64,000 nt of DNA from Amoebophrya sp. A120 (lineage: Eukaryota; Protista; Dinoflagellata). This document shows, piece after piece, positions 12,699-22,764 of this stretch. Both the position numbers and the translations under genes were made by a program. How positions within the stretch are numbered: position 1 is the stretch's first letter; each line of letters starts with the position of its first letter. The stretch spans positions 5,029,700 to 5,093,699 of the forward strand of contig CAJINV010000003.1 of NCBI GenBank assembly GCA_905178155.1. Direction: 5' to 3'. The notes under the pieces are model-generated. The model was not told where the DNA came from. It saw only the letters and a list, made by a program, of their open reading frames with translations, and searched no databases.

Positions 12699-14159
12699 TC
12701 ATTTCATGTCCGCGATGAGAGGCAGCTTTTTGACGTCCAGGTCGAGAAACCACATCGTTAAAGCCGTCCGCTCGCGATACGCCCGCCTTACTTCGTGCGG
12801 TACCAGATCCGCTCGGAAGCACGCCATCGTGCCAAATTCCGGGGCAATATCTACGTGCGGTGATTCCGGACTGGTGAAGGCATCGCAGGAAGTGGAAGAG
12901 GACGACAAACTGTTCCCGTCACCGGTGGGGCCGGTGTAGGCGCGCAGCTGCCCCCCGTCCCTTTCGACGTCCCACGGCTCCGCTTCACAGTCGTCAGACA
13001 GGTACAAGATAACCGTGAGCGCCCGGTGGTTCAGGTGGCACTCATTGTCCCGGTGCGTCACATAGCGCGCCCCGTTTCCCGGGTACCGCGCCACCATCGC
13101 ACGAGCTGGCCGCAGCAGCGTGCTCTGGTGTTTATTTTTCCGCTCGTAATATCCCCACTCTCGCCACTGCTGCACTGCGAAAACCTCCATCCACCTTGCT
13201 GCCTCTTGCAACGCCGGAAACTTCATGCTCGTCACGGAGCTGCTACAACCACTCGCGGTGGAACTTGGTAAATCAATCCAGCAGATGGCATCGTCCCGGC
13301 CCTTCACGACTTCGTTCGTAGTACCCGCTAACTTTTTTCGGAACGTCAGCCGCTCCAAGTCGTCCTTCAACTGCGCGCGCAGCCCGTGAAAAACGGAACG
13401 AAACGAGCGGTAAGCCGCAAGGCAACCCTCGACGTAATGCGAAGCGACGGCAGAGCCGCAGTGGAGTTCTTTCGGAATTTTGTTGTCTATGGCCTCTGAG
13501 GTCCCCGTCAGTCGCCGAGGCACGGTGCTGCGAAAGAGCTCTAAAGCGAAGTCAGAAATGGGCTCCAGGGCGAGTGTTCCGTCGCGCTTCCAAGTCCCCA
13601 CCGCGGGCAAGGCGGCGGCCAGCCGTGTTCGCACAAATCTTTTTTCTTCGCCAGAACTTCTCGTTGCGGGCTGCAATGTTCCAGGCGTTCGACCCTCAAG
13701 CTGCTCCTGCGCGGCGCGGCGCGCCAAAGTGTCTACCGCGTCGGCCGGTCCGAACAGCAGGAGCTTGCGATCCGGGCCCTTCCAGAGACGAAGACCATCT
13801 TCCCAGTCGCAGATTTCGGTCTCTGCATCAACGTAGGAGCGCCAGACAGCCGTGTCCTCTTCGTTGCAGATCTCGTTGGTAGTTGCCTGTGGTTCATCCT
13901 GCTCCTTTCCGGCCTGACTAGCCACGCCCTCGGTGCGGCGCCGCTTGGGTGCATCTTCGCCAGAATTGCCGGCTTGCTCAGCGCTGGCTGATATTTTGGC
14001 TTGCTCTTTCTCCAGCATATCAAGGGCAGCATCAAAGTCATACCGCGCCTCGCGCAATGCCCTTCCTGCCGCCTTTGGGCCAAATCCCATCCCAACTAGC
14101 AGTTCCACTTGGTCGCAGCCAGACTCACTGCTGCTATCTTCGTCGGAAGAACGAGTCAT
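12699..14159 (-). CDS. UBA-domain + EGLN/PHD-type prolyl-4-hydroxylase-like 2OG-Fe(II) dioxygenase
   Basis: N-terminal 'LLVGMGFGPKAAGRALREARYDFDAALDML' (UBA). C-terminal 'MVARYPGNGARYVTHRDN..RALTVILYL..GGQLR..PHEV..RTALTMWF' matches the EGLN HxD..H..R pattern. Confidence 0.85.
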   Translation of the reverse strand: MTRSSDEDSSSESGCDQVELLVGMGFGPKAAGRALREARYDFDAALDMLEKEQAKISASAEQAGNSGEDAPKRRRTEGVASQAGKEQDEPQATTNEICNEEDTAVWRSYVDAETEICDWEDGLRLWKGPDRKLLLFGPADAVDTLARRAAQEQLEGRTPGTLQPATRSSGEEKRFVRTRLAAALPAVGTWKRDGTLALEPISDFALELFRSTVPRRLTGTSEAIDNKIPKELHCGSAVASHYVEGCLAAYRSFRSVFHGLRAQLKDDLERLTFRKKLAGTTNEVVKGRDDAICWIDLPSSTASGCSSSVTSMKFPALQEAARWMEVFAVQQWREWGYYERKNKHQSTLLRPARAMVARYPGNGARYVTHRDNECHLNHRALTVILYLSDDCEAEPWDVERDGGQLRAYTGPTGDGNSLSSSSTSCDAFTSPESPHVDIAPEFGTMACFRADLVPHEVRRAYRERTALTMWFLDLDVKKLPLIADMK

Positions 14160-15587
14160 GTTTCAGGGACGATAAAGCACTACTATTTTACTTCTCGGTC
14201 GCACGGGCCAGTCAATATTTCTTCTGCACAATGGACAATTGCGGTGGTGATACTGTGGCTTTCTTGCTAAGAGAAACTACTAGGTAATACATAGACAGCA
14301 CATTGCAGTCCTAGGACACCCAGTACCAACCGCATCCGCTCGTCCCCTGCCTTCCGTTATTTATCCAACAGGAGAAATAAAAGCAGAAATTAAAGTGTAG
14401 CCTGTGGCCGATGCAGCAAGATCCTTTACCTTCTTTATTTTCTGACCCCGATTATAGTAGGAAGTACCGAAAAATTTGGATCCTTAGATTTGCTGTCTCT
14501 CGGTTGGATCTATGTTCATCTCAGACACAGTTGTTTTGCTGCCACTGAATTGAAGGCTCATCGCATTTTACTAGAAGATCAAGGAAGGATCTACACCGTG
14601 ATCGTGCTTTCACTTTGTGCTGTCGGAGGGTACGCTGTGTCTCTGTCGCTTTCATCATCTTTCACTTTTGAGGACCCCTTCGTGACTCCCACCAAATACA
14701 CTCACGACCGAAGATCGGATAAATCCACCTCATCGGTGAACGTAGACCTACTATCACGCACTCCTTTGTTGAATGATCTCCAGTGGCGGGTCGTGCCAAG
14801 AGGATCGCTTTGCAAATGTTTTCCCCCCGAACAAGGATGTGTATATCGTTGTTCAAACTACATCTGCAGTGTCGCTGGTGACTGGGTGTTAGTTTTGTTT
14901 CATTCGGAGAACCTAAGAGCGAAACGGGTGCATTGGAAAAGCCTGTTTTAGTGGGCATTCGTCAAGTTCTCTTTCGTCCTCTTTAGTAGACATTCATACA
15001 GTGATTGCATTTCATGCCTGAAAAAAGTTCTCTTACGTATAGATACAGTTCCGTGCGCCGGTTCCGAGGTGAAACTCGAGTTCATCTTCAGCGGGTAAAG
15101 TTGGACACACGTCGTGCCCGGTACCCGCAAGCGGTGCTCCAGACAGCTCCTTGCTGGCCCGCAGCAAGCAATTCAGCGCCACCGCGTATGTGTTCGCCAC
15201 AAACTCAGTGCTGTCCGGAAGCTCGGTGAAATTGTTCAGTAAAGTTCACAAACTACTGTATTTGGACAATAGCATTAACGAGTAAGCAAAAGCCTTTTAG
15301 TTAAATTATCACCAGGAAAAAGTTCACGAAGCGAAAAGCGAAAGCCCGTAGCGTGTGGCTCTAAGCCAAAGCCGAAAAAGAAAGATTTAGAATCTGAAGA
15401 AGATATTGCGCAAATACCCTTCGTGTGCAAGTAAGAATTTTAACAGTGTGTCATTGACAATAAGTGTCTGTTTGAAAAGATTATTCACGAATTGTAAAGT
15501 TGAGCAAGCTTTTTTCAGATCAGGCTAGCCCGTCAGTTGTAAAAGCAAGTCGTTGTTGTAGTGTTTTTCGAGAGCGAAAAGTTGCTC

Positions 15588-18500
15588 TTACGGCTCTTTG
15601 AGCTTGATGACCTTTTGTGCTCCCGCGGGATTGTTCATGTTCTCGACCACCTCCAGTACAATCACGATAGCGTCCTGACTGATTTCGCTCTGCCACTCCG
15701 CAAAGAAAAGGTCAATCCAAAATAGGCCGTCACTTGAAGACCCGTCAAACACCTTGATGCCTTCGCAAACTCGTCCGATAGACACTTCGTACCTGAAAAA
15801 TGGAGGCTCTTTAATGAATCACGATGCGAAAAAATCAATACAAAACGATGCGTAAAAACAATCAACCGCACGTCAGAAAGATCATTTGAAGATCGTCATG
15901 CATTCACACACACGTGCGGGGCGCTTTGTTGGCGTTGAAGATGTTGAGCACAGTCACATGCAGAAGAATTGATTAAAATCAACAGCAGTACTTGAATCGA
16001 CTGCCCTTGGGGGCGAAGAAGCGCACCGCGGAGACGCCTTCCTGGTAGATTCGGTTGTCCAGGCCCTCGGGGTAAAAGTCCATGCGCAAATCCGGTACGG
16101 AATTGAGTCGGAAGGACTCGGATCGGATTACGGGCACGTTGTTCGTGTTGCCGAGTTTCTTCGCGATGTTTTCGATGCGCCACTCCAGCTTGGTCGGTTG
16201 CATCGCTTGCAGGATGTTCGTGATCTTTTTGGTTGCATCCTCGTTCCAATGGTCCTGTTCGTCCACGAAGGCTTGATAGTCCCCCGCAAACGTCTTCATG
16301 TTCTTCGTAATCGTATTCTTCGCGCTGTCCAGAAGCAGCAGGCCCTCCTTGAGCCCTTGGTGCTCGTGTTGCAGCAAAGATATCTGTTGTAAGGGGTTCT
16401 ATAATTTTCACATTGGTGCACGCTCGAAAGGAAAATTTCCTCGGTTTCAATGTTCTGGGAACCTAAGAACCCGGGCTGTTAGAGAGCTGCGCTGTACTAA
16501 ATGTCAACTTCAAAAAGTCAACTACACCAGCTGGTGGTCAAAACTTTTTACATGTCTGCCGTTTTGATTTATGAAGTCCCCCAGCTCCTTCTGTAGTATG
16601 TTGAGCATCTTGGTGGACGCGAGATAGCCCTCCTCCGTTTTCTGCGAATCTAGCCGGAATTCGAGCTTCGCCTGCACCAGTGCCTTACCAAACTCCTGCT
16701 CGAACTCTTATCGTAAGGAAAAATCCCCCCTCCCCATATCGAAAAGGAAATTTGTGATGCTGGATTTCCGTACACAAATTCTCGCTGTCTTGCAGTAAGG
16801 CATCGCAGCCAGATCCTCAGGCTAGGCAGGGGTGTTTGGGTCTAGCTATTTCGCATTACAAACGGCTGCCCCCTAGGCCAAAAAGCATGCCAAATCGCTT
16901 CCATAATGGCCCGGAAGACGCTGCGTTTGTCTTCTTGCAAGACAGACGTGATTTGTGGTCTCAAATCAGCAACACAAATCTTCGGAGCGATACCGTTTCG
17001 ATATGGGGAGGGGGGATTTTTCCTTTTGATAACTCTGTTACGCGCTTCTGGTGCACCTCGACAAATTCGTCGAACTGCCCCTTGGTCACATCGTGCTTCG
17101 CGTTTACGACGCCGAGACCTGGAAGAGACAGAAATCCGGTGGTAAAACTAGCCGTCGCTTACGCTTTGATAAAAATTGGCCGCCCAACATTAAGATCAAA
17201 ACGGGCAAATGCTGATAGCAACAATAAACCACATTTGGCTATTATATACCGTTTGCGAGGGTCTCTACTTCTGAGGCCAGGCCTGCGCGCGCGTCTTCTA
17301 GCTCTAGTATGTCGGCCTTCTCCCCTTCTATTTTTCCGCAGAGGGATTTTATTTCCGACAACCGGAGCTCCAGAAGCTGTGTTGAAATTGAAACATGCAC
17401 AGTGATGACAATCAATGTACCAACGTCGGTTCTTCACGACAAAGCATGCAGACATTTTACGAAAAAGAAAGGAGAAGACACGCACCAGTTCACGTCTGAG
17501 TCAACGACCTACAAGAACCCCTTTTTACCTTATCCAGCTCCTCGTTGAAAATTTTTCTTCGGGCTTCTATATTGGTGATGTCTTGCCTGACTCTAGTGTC
17601 CAATCGTCGTATTGTCTGGTCCGTGCTGGCGGCGTCTGCGTCTATTCTGGTAAGGAGCTCATGGTGCATTTTGTCTCGCGCAGCATTGGCGGCCTCTAGC
17701 TCGCTTTCTAGTTTCGAGCATCGCGTCGCCCTGTTGTTTTTTTGCAATGGTCTTCTTCTACACTCAGGGTCTTCTCCGAGCGACTGGTCGAGGTGGACAC
17801 ACAAAATTTGATGAAAACGCTCCAGGCAAAGCCAAACGCAAAATGAATAATACAGCTTATCGACTGTTTCCTGGAACTTGGCCACGTCAACTTTCTCGGT
17901 CTTTAGTCGTGCGACGTCCCGCGAAGAATCGCTTACACTTTCCTGTGGTACGTTTGATTTTCGAGGAAATTCACTCAAGAGACTTAACGCATCAACTGAG
18001 ACTTTTTCACAAAAAGTAGAATGGAAAGAATTGACAGCGTCAGTGGGCTTTCATAATATGTACAACCGCCCATCCGCCCCGGGTAAATATACGTCATACC
18101 TTGACGGTGGCGAAGCCCTTCTTTATGCTTTCGACCCACTGGTTTCGCTGTGCTTCGTTTTCGTCGTTACCGTCCGCTATTTTTGTAACGGTGGCTGAAA
18201 CCTTGCTGAGCTGATTTGTGAGCTGTGCTACTTCCACTTGCAGGCCTCGCTCAACTTCCTCCAGCCGCTCCCCAGTTTCCGCGCTGCCTTTCTCCAGTTC
18301 CGTGATTTTTGTCTCTATGCTGCTTCGCCTGTTGTGTGGAGGTCACGAGAAATTTCATCAATTGCCAGTGCAAATGCACAACAACCAACACAAACGCAGG
18401 TCATTCAATGAATGAATCATGCATCCTCGCACCAAAAACGCAGTAGAGGCCGCTAACAAATAGGGAGCAGTACGTTTCTGCGAGCGATTTCTCGATTTCG

Positions 18501-19165
18501 GCCATGAAACGCTTAGTGTTCATTTCGATTGGCTGCAAGCTTGCGAGGAGTTCATCGGTTGTCCGCTTTGTCTCTTGTTTGAAATCTTCGAGCTTCTTCT
18601 CCATCAGATTCGCGTTTTTTCGAAGGTCTCGGTTCTCCAGCTCGAGTTGGTCTACGTGATCTTTTTTCATCACCCGCTTCTGTCGCTGTTGCTCCTGCTC
18701 CCGGGCTGCTATGCTTTTGTGCACCTGAGTGTCCATATTACCATGATGATCACGTTTCCAAATGATGTTTTCCATTTCTCCTGCAGCTAGGTGATGCATG
18801 TGCAGCAGCTTTCCACCTCCTCTTCCACTTCACAACATTGAGAAACACACAGGATATAAATACCCCACAAAAACTTTTACCTCTATTGTTGGATATGCCA
18901 CCGGCGTTTCGGCGAAAAATTGTTCGGTGACCGCATCGTCCGTGAGCGGAATTTTTCTCCCATTTTCCACTGCCACCAAAGAATAGTCTCCTCTTGGTAC
19001 GTCAGAAAAAGAAAGGACGTGCCCGAGCAGTGTGCCTAGGTTCCTCTCTTTCTGGAAACTCGGGAAGGTTATTGTTCCGCAAAGTCTCTTCTCCGAGTCC
19101 TCGCCATCGACCATGAAGGTTCGGAACCCCTTTCCGCCTTCCCTTTCGCCGCCCTGTTCCGCCAT
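15588..19165 (-). CDS. Multi-exon coiled-coil protein with a C-terminal MATH/TRAF-like beta domain
   Basis: About 10 exons join in frame, mostly through GT-AG introns (e.g. PTIE|VHKS, DK|LLEL, FK|YEVS), plus one non-canonical intron at 16709-17036. The C-terminus 'WRIENI..IRSESF..LRMDFYPEG..SAVRFFAPKG' resembles a MATH fold. Confidence 0.65.
16709..17036 (-). mobile_element. Introner/MITE-like non-canonical intron, 328 bp
   Basis: Imperfect inverted arms of ~100 bp (16709-16809 vs 16920-17031; tatcgtaaggaaaaatcccccctccccatatcgaaa / tttcgatatggggaggggggatttttccttttgata). Direct repeat AACTCT at 16703 and 17031. Excision gives ..QKRVTEFEQEF.. in frame. Confidence 0.9.
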
Positions 19166-19975
19166 TTTCTTTAGTTATAACGGTGCAAGTGCGTCTGTTT
19201 GGTTGCAGCAAGCTGCAACCTGCGGACGTGGTTTTCTGACGGAACAAATTAATCTCGACGGATGAATTGCGACTGGTGGGTGTAGCTCTGTGCCCCGCGC
19301 CGGCCTTCCCGGTCGTCCTACGAGTCGTCCAATTACAGCAACAGGGGCCCCTCCGCCTGTCAAGCTGCCCGCAGCTCGAATAGGGTGGTCGTACCTTGTT
19401 CCAAAGAACTTCTACCCTTGCTCTTTTCTACGGCGGCCAGGCCAACGCGCAAGGCCGATGCAGAGCCATCATGGGCAGAGCTTTCAGAGGGTCTTACAGC
19501 TACCGGCAAGCATCTTTCTATGCTCGCATCTAGTACATCTGGTGCCCCCACAGAGGGACCTATCTTTGTTCATGGGAAACAGACACAGTTCTTCCAGAAG
19601 TAGCTCTAAAAGCATGTGCGGTGGTGGAAGTAGCTCTCCGACGATAAGGAACTTGCTCATGCATTCAACAATGCACACGACGACCAAGCGCAAAAGCGCG
19701 CACGATTGCTCTAAACGAAAAGGCGAATCTCTCGTCCGATGCGCTATTCCATGTTCGATTTGGGCCTCAAATCACGCCCTCGTAGATAGAATCATACGAA
19801 ATCGAATTCCAGCTGCGACAAAAACATGGCTGACGCCCGTGCGCTCGTGGACGAGGCGAGAGTGTGAAGATGAAGAATCGTCTTCAAAATTGGCTGCGAA
19901 TTTCTTATTTGAAAGGATTCAATTAGTTATGTTGTCGTGCTGCACGCTAGTCAGCGGTGTATTCCATCGAGGCTC

Positions 19976-22052
19976 TTATTTATCGCACTTAATCGCTTTC
20001 TTGCGTTCCTCCAAAAGGTTCTGCAGCACGCGAAATGCACCCTCGCGATATTCGACGCAGTACGTTCCACTGTACCGATCAGGATGAAAATCAAGGGAAA
20101 CGCGTCGGTACGCGCGTCGCAGGCTCGCACACGTGTCCGATCGCAAGAACTTCTGCCAATGCGACCCGCTTGTCTCGACGGACTGTGAATTGTGGTCGGA
20201 TATTCCATTACAGAACGTTGTATCTTTGAAACAGATTGATGAAACTACTTCACCATGAATTTACGAAACTTCAACTTTCATCTCCGTAGACCACCAATAC
20301 AACAAGTACCTCTAGCACCCGGGTTCCGATGTGCCAGCGCAGGTAGTCCTCGAGATCTTTGAAGTCGCAGCTGTGCAACCAATCGCGCGTCCACTCTAGC
20401 ACTTTTCGGACAGGGTAGCTGTATTTCGTGAGCGGGTGTCGGTACCGCGCGGCCTCTTCCCGTTTCTCCCTGCGGCGCCGCCGCTTTGCCGCTGCTTCTT
20501 CTCGTTCTTTCAACATTTTTTCCTCGTTCTCCTGTGCCTGTAGTACCTGGTTCGCCGCGTCCTGGCTTGTCGTGCTCGACTCCTCGTTGTCAGTTCCCGA
20601 GAGCACCCTGCCATGATCTCCACTGAGCGACGTGTTGAAGGCAATCTTGATCGATTCATTCTCCTTTCCCAGGCTCCAGTCTTTATCGACGCCTGCAGCC
20701 GCAGCCATGTGCAAAATGCGCTGCCGCGCCTCGGCGTCCTGTCTCGCTTGAGTTCTTTTGCTGTCGGCTGCAGAAGTGGGTTCTTCTTCTTCCTCCTCCT
20801 CCTCGTCCTCGTTGGCAAGAGCGGACGCAGATGAAGATGTTGGCTCTGCCGTATTTTTTAATACAGACGCCGACGTTATCCCTTTGACATTCTCCGACGT
20901 CGCACCTTTATTTCCCGCTGTCTCTACTGCGTCCTGCTCCGTTTCATCTTCGTCTGCAGGACTTTCTGGTTGACCCAATTTCCACAGGTCCACCGCCGGG
21001 TCCGGGGCCGACCGCAGGAACTTGAGAATCTTTCGCGACACGATCGCAGGGGCCAGGTCGGTTGGGACAAGACTTCGCAGCAGTTGCACCAGCACCCGGT
21101 CGGGTGTATGGATAAAGCTTTCCAGTGAAAAAACGAATTGTTGTTCCGACGGTGCGTCAAGCTTGCTCTTGTGGGATGTAGAAGTTGTACTAGTCACTCC
21201 GGTTTTCTTCTGTGTCTCCTCATCCAGAAACCCGACCCCTGTCCACACCGCGTCACGCAGCGTCAAGACGCAGCGCCGCCGCACGCGCTGGACCTGGAGG
21301 AGCAATGCGACCGGCGGGGCAACGACATAATTCAAAGTGCTGTCATAATTCCCCGCCGTCATGCGGAGTGCGTCTTCCAGTACTACCCCGTCGAGCGCCA
21401 GAGGGGACCAGATCACGGCCTCAAACGCAAACAGCGCAGCGATCCCGCGCCGAAAGAACTTACGCGCCCGGCAGACCCGTTGAGCAAACCGCTCGTGCGA
21501 GGACGGCGTGCGAGGCACGTAGGACCCTGAAGACGCGGTCATCGCACCGAAGACAATTCGTGTGTAGAGTTCTAACGCCGTGAAAAACACGATGGCCACG
21601 CCGAACGTTTCTTCTTCCAGCCAGGAACGGGCACAGGTCCACACGGCGAGCAGAAACGCGTGCAGCGCCAGTCGCTTCGGGACGAAAAAGTAAACCAGCA
21701 GCAACGCGCGCACTGGCTTCACACTGTGCACGAAATCACCCTGCCCGAATTTGTGCAGAGCCCGCACAATGACGTAAAACTCGGCCGCCAACATCACCGC
21801 AAACATCAAACGCGCCAGAAACACGAGCGCGAGCGCGAAGTCGCTGGGGCTTTTAGCTAAAGTTTTGCTGCCCATACTTTTCTCTGTTCGTGGCCCAACC
21901 GCTGGGGCGTCGATGCGAAAGGGCGGGGTCGCGTTTTTCGGTCTGTCTCCGACCTCCTTTCCGTGGGGTGCGCTGGTTGGCTTTAAACTTGAACCGATCG
22001 CGCCCCGCTGACGAAGCGTCGGCGGACGGACGGAAACGGCTGGAACAGGCAT
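19976..22052 (-). CDS. Multi-pass membrane protein with a C-terminal DnaJ (J) domain; 2 exons
   Basis: ORF 20271-22088 has hydrophobic helices. A GT-AG intron (~20183-20309) joins it to an exon encoding 'LRRAYRRVSLDFHPDRY..AFRVLQ' (HPD motif), with a stop at 19976-19978. Confidence 0.75.
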
Positions 22053-22600
22053 AATTTGGCTTTGGTCAAATTGAAAATAATAAAGCAATTTCTACAGCAC
22101 TGATGAGTCCTCCAAAATCCATCGGTCCGCAAAATCAAATGAGAAAACTTATTCCGCCCTTGTCACTCCGCTCTCCATGTTGAAACTCACTACTCCCACT
22201 CGACGGGCGCAGGAAGTTTGGCGTCGAAAAAACTGTGTTGTCGTTGTGGAGAACACTTCTGCGCAGAACCGCCCCACTGCTACTTGCATCAAAAAGGATA
22301 TTCGCTGTGGTGCTGGCAGCATGCTGCGATGTACGAAGCATAGATGGTCTATCAGGAGCCCATCACGTAAAAAGGTTCCATACCAAAAACCAAAATCTAT
22401 CAGAGGCCAGCAGGCCATGCCATGCCTGCATTTTCTATCAAAACGAACGAAAGGACATTCACTCTCCGGTGCGACGTGCTATTTGTTTCATTTCTTTTTG
22501 CAAGTATGAAAAGCCCTAGGAAAAGTAATTCACGATTGTACAGAACTAGATTACAGGTGCAACACTTGCTAGAATTTTCGTTAGTTTGATATTGTGACAA

Positions 22601-22643
22601 ATCATTCATTGCGACACTTACTTCATTCATTGCGACACTGACT
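22601..22643. repeat. Short tandem duplication (2 x 21 bp, TCATTCATTGCGACACT core)
   Basis: atcattcattgcgacacttac / ttcattcattgcgacactgac. Confidence 0.7.
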
Positions 22644-22764
22644 AGAACTTGAATACTCACGACTTATAGGTGAACAAAGTGAAATAGTTATAGTACTTGA
22701 TCTTACAAAAGTTCTTGCAGTCATTTACTCAGAGAATAAAATCTTGTGTGCGGTTTCCTATCCC

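Noticed and set aside
14490-15250. Possible small gene between the EGLN-like and MATH-like genes
   Set aside because: Short open frames exist, but no consistent exon chain or domain could be built.
15346-15365. Dinoflagellate spliced-leader relic (CCGTAGCGTGTGGCTCTAAG)
   Set aside because: It has several mismatches or indels to CCGTAGCCATTTTGGCTCAAG, is antisense to the local gene block, and is not upstream of a gene.
17119-17529. Apparent out-of-frame (non-canonical) intron
   Set aside because: An internal exon (~17250-17376, LLELRLSEIK..ETLAN) with GT-AG sites restores the frame.
18725-18880. Apparent GG-AG intron
   Set aside because: The canonical join GAG|GTAAAA..CTCAG|GTG keeps the frame.
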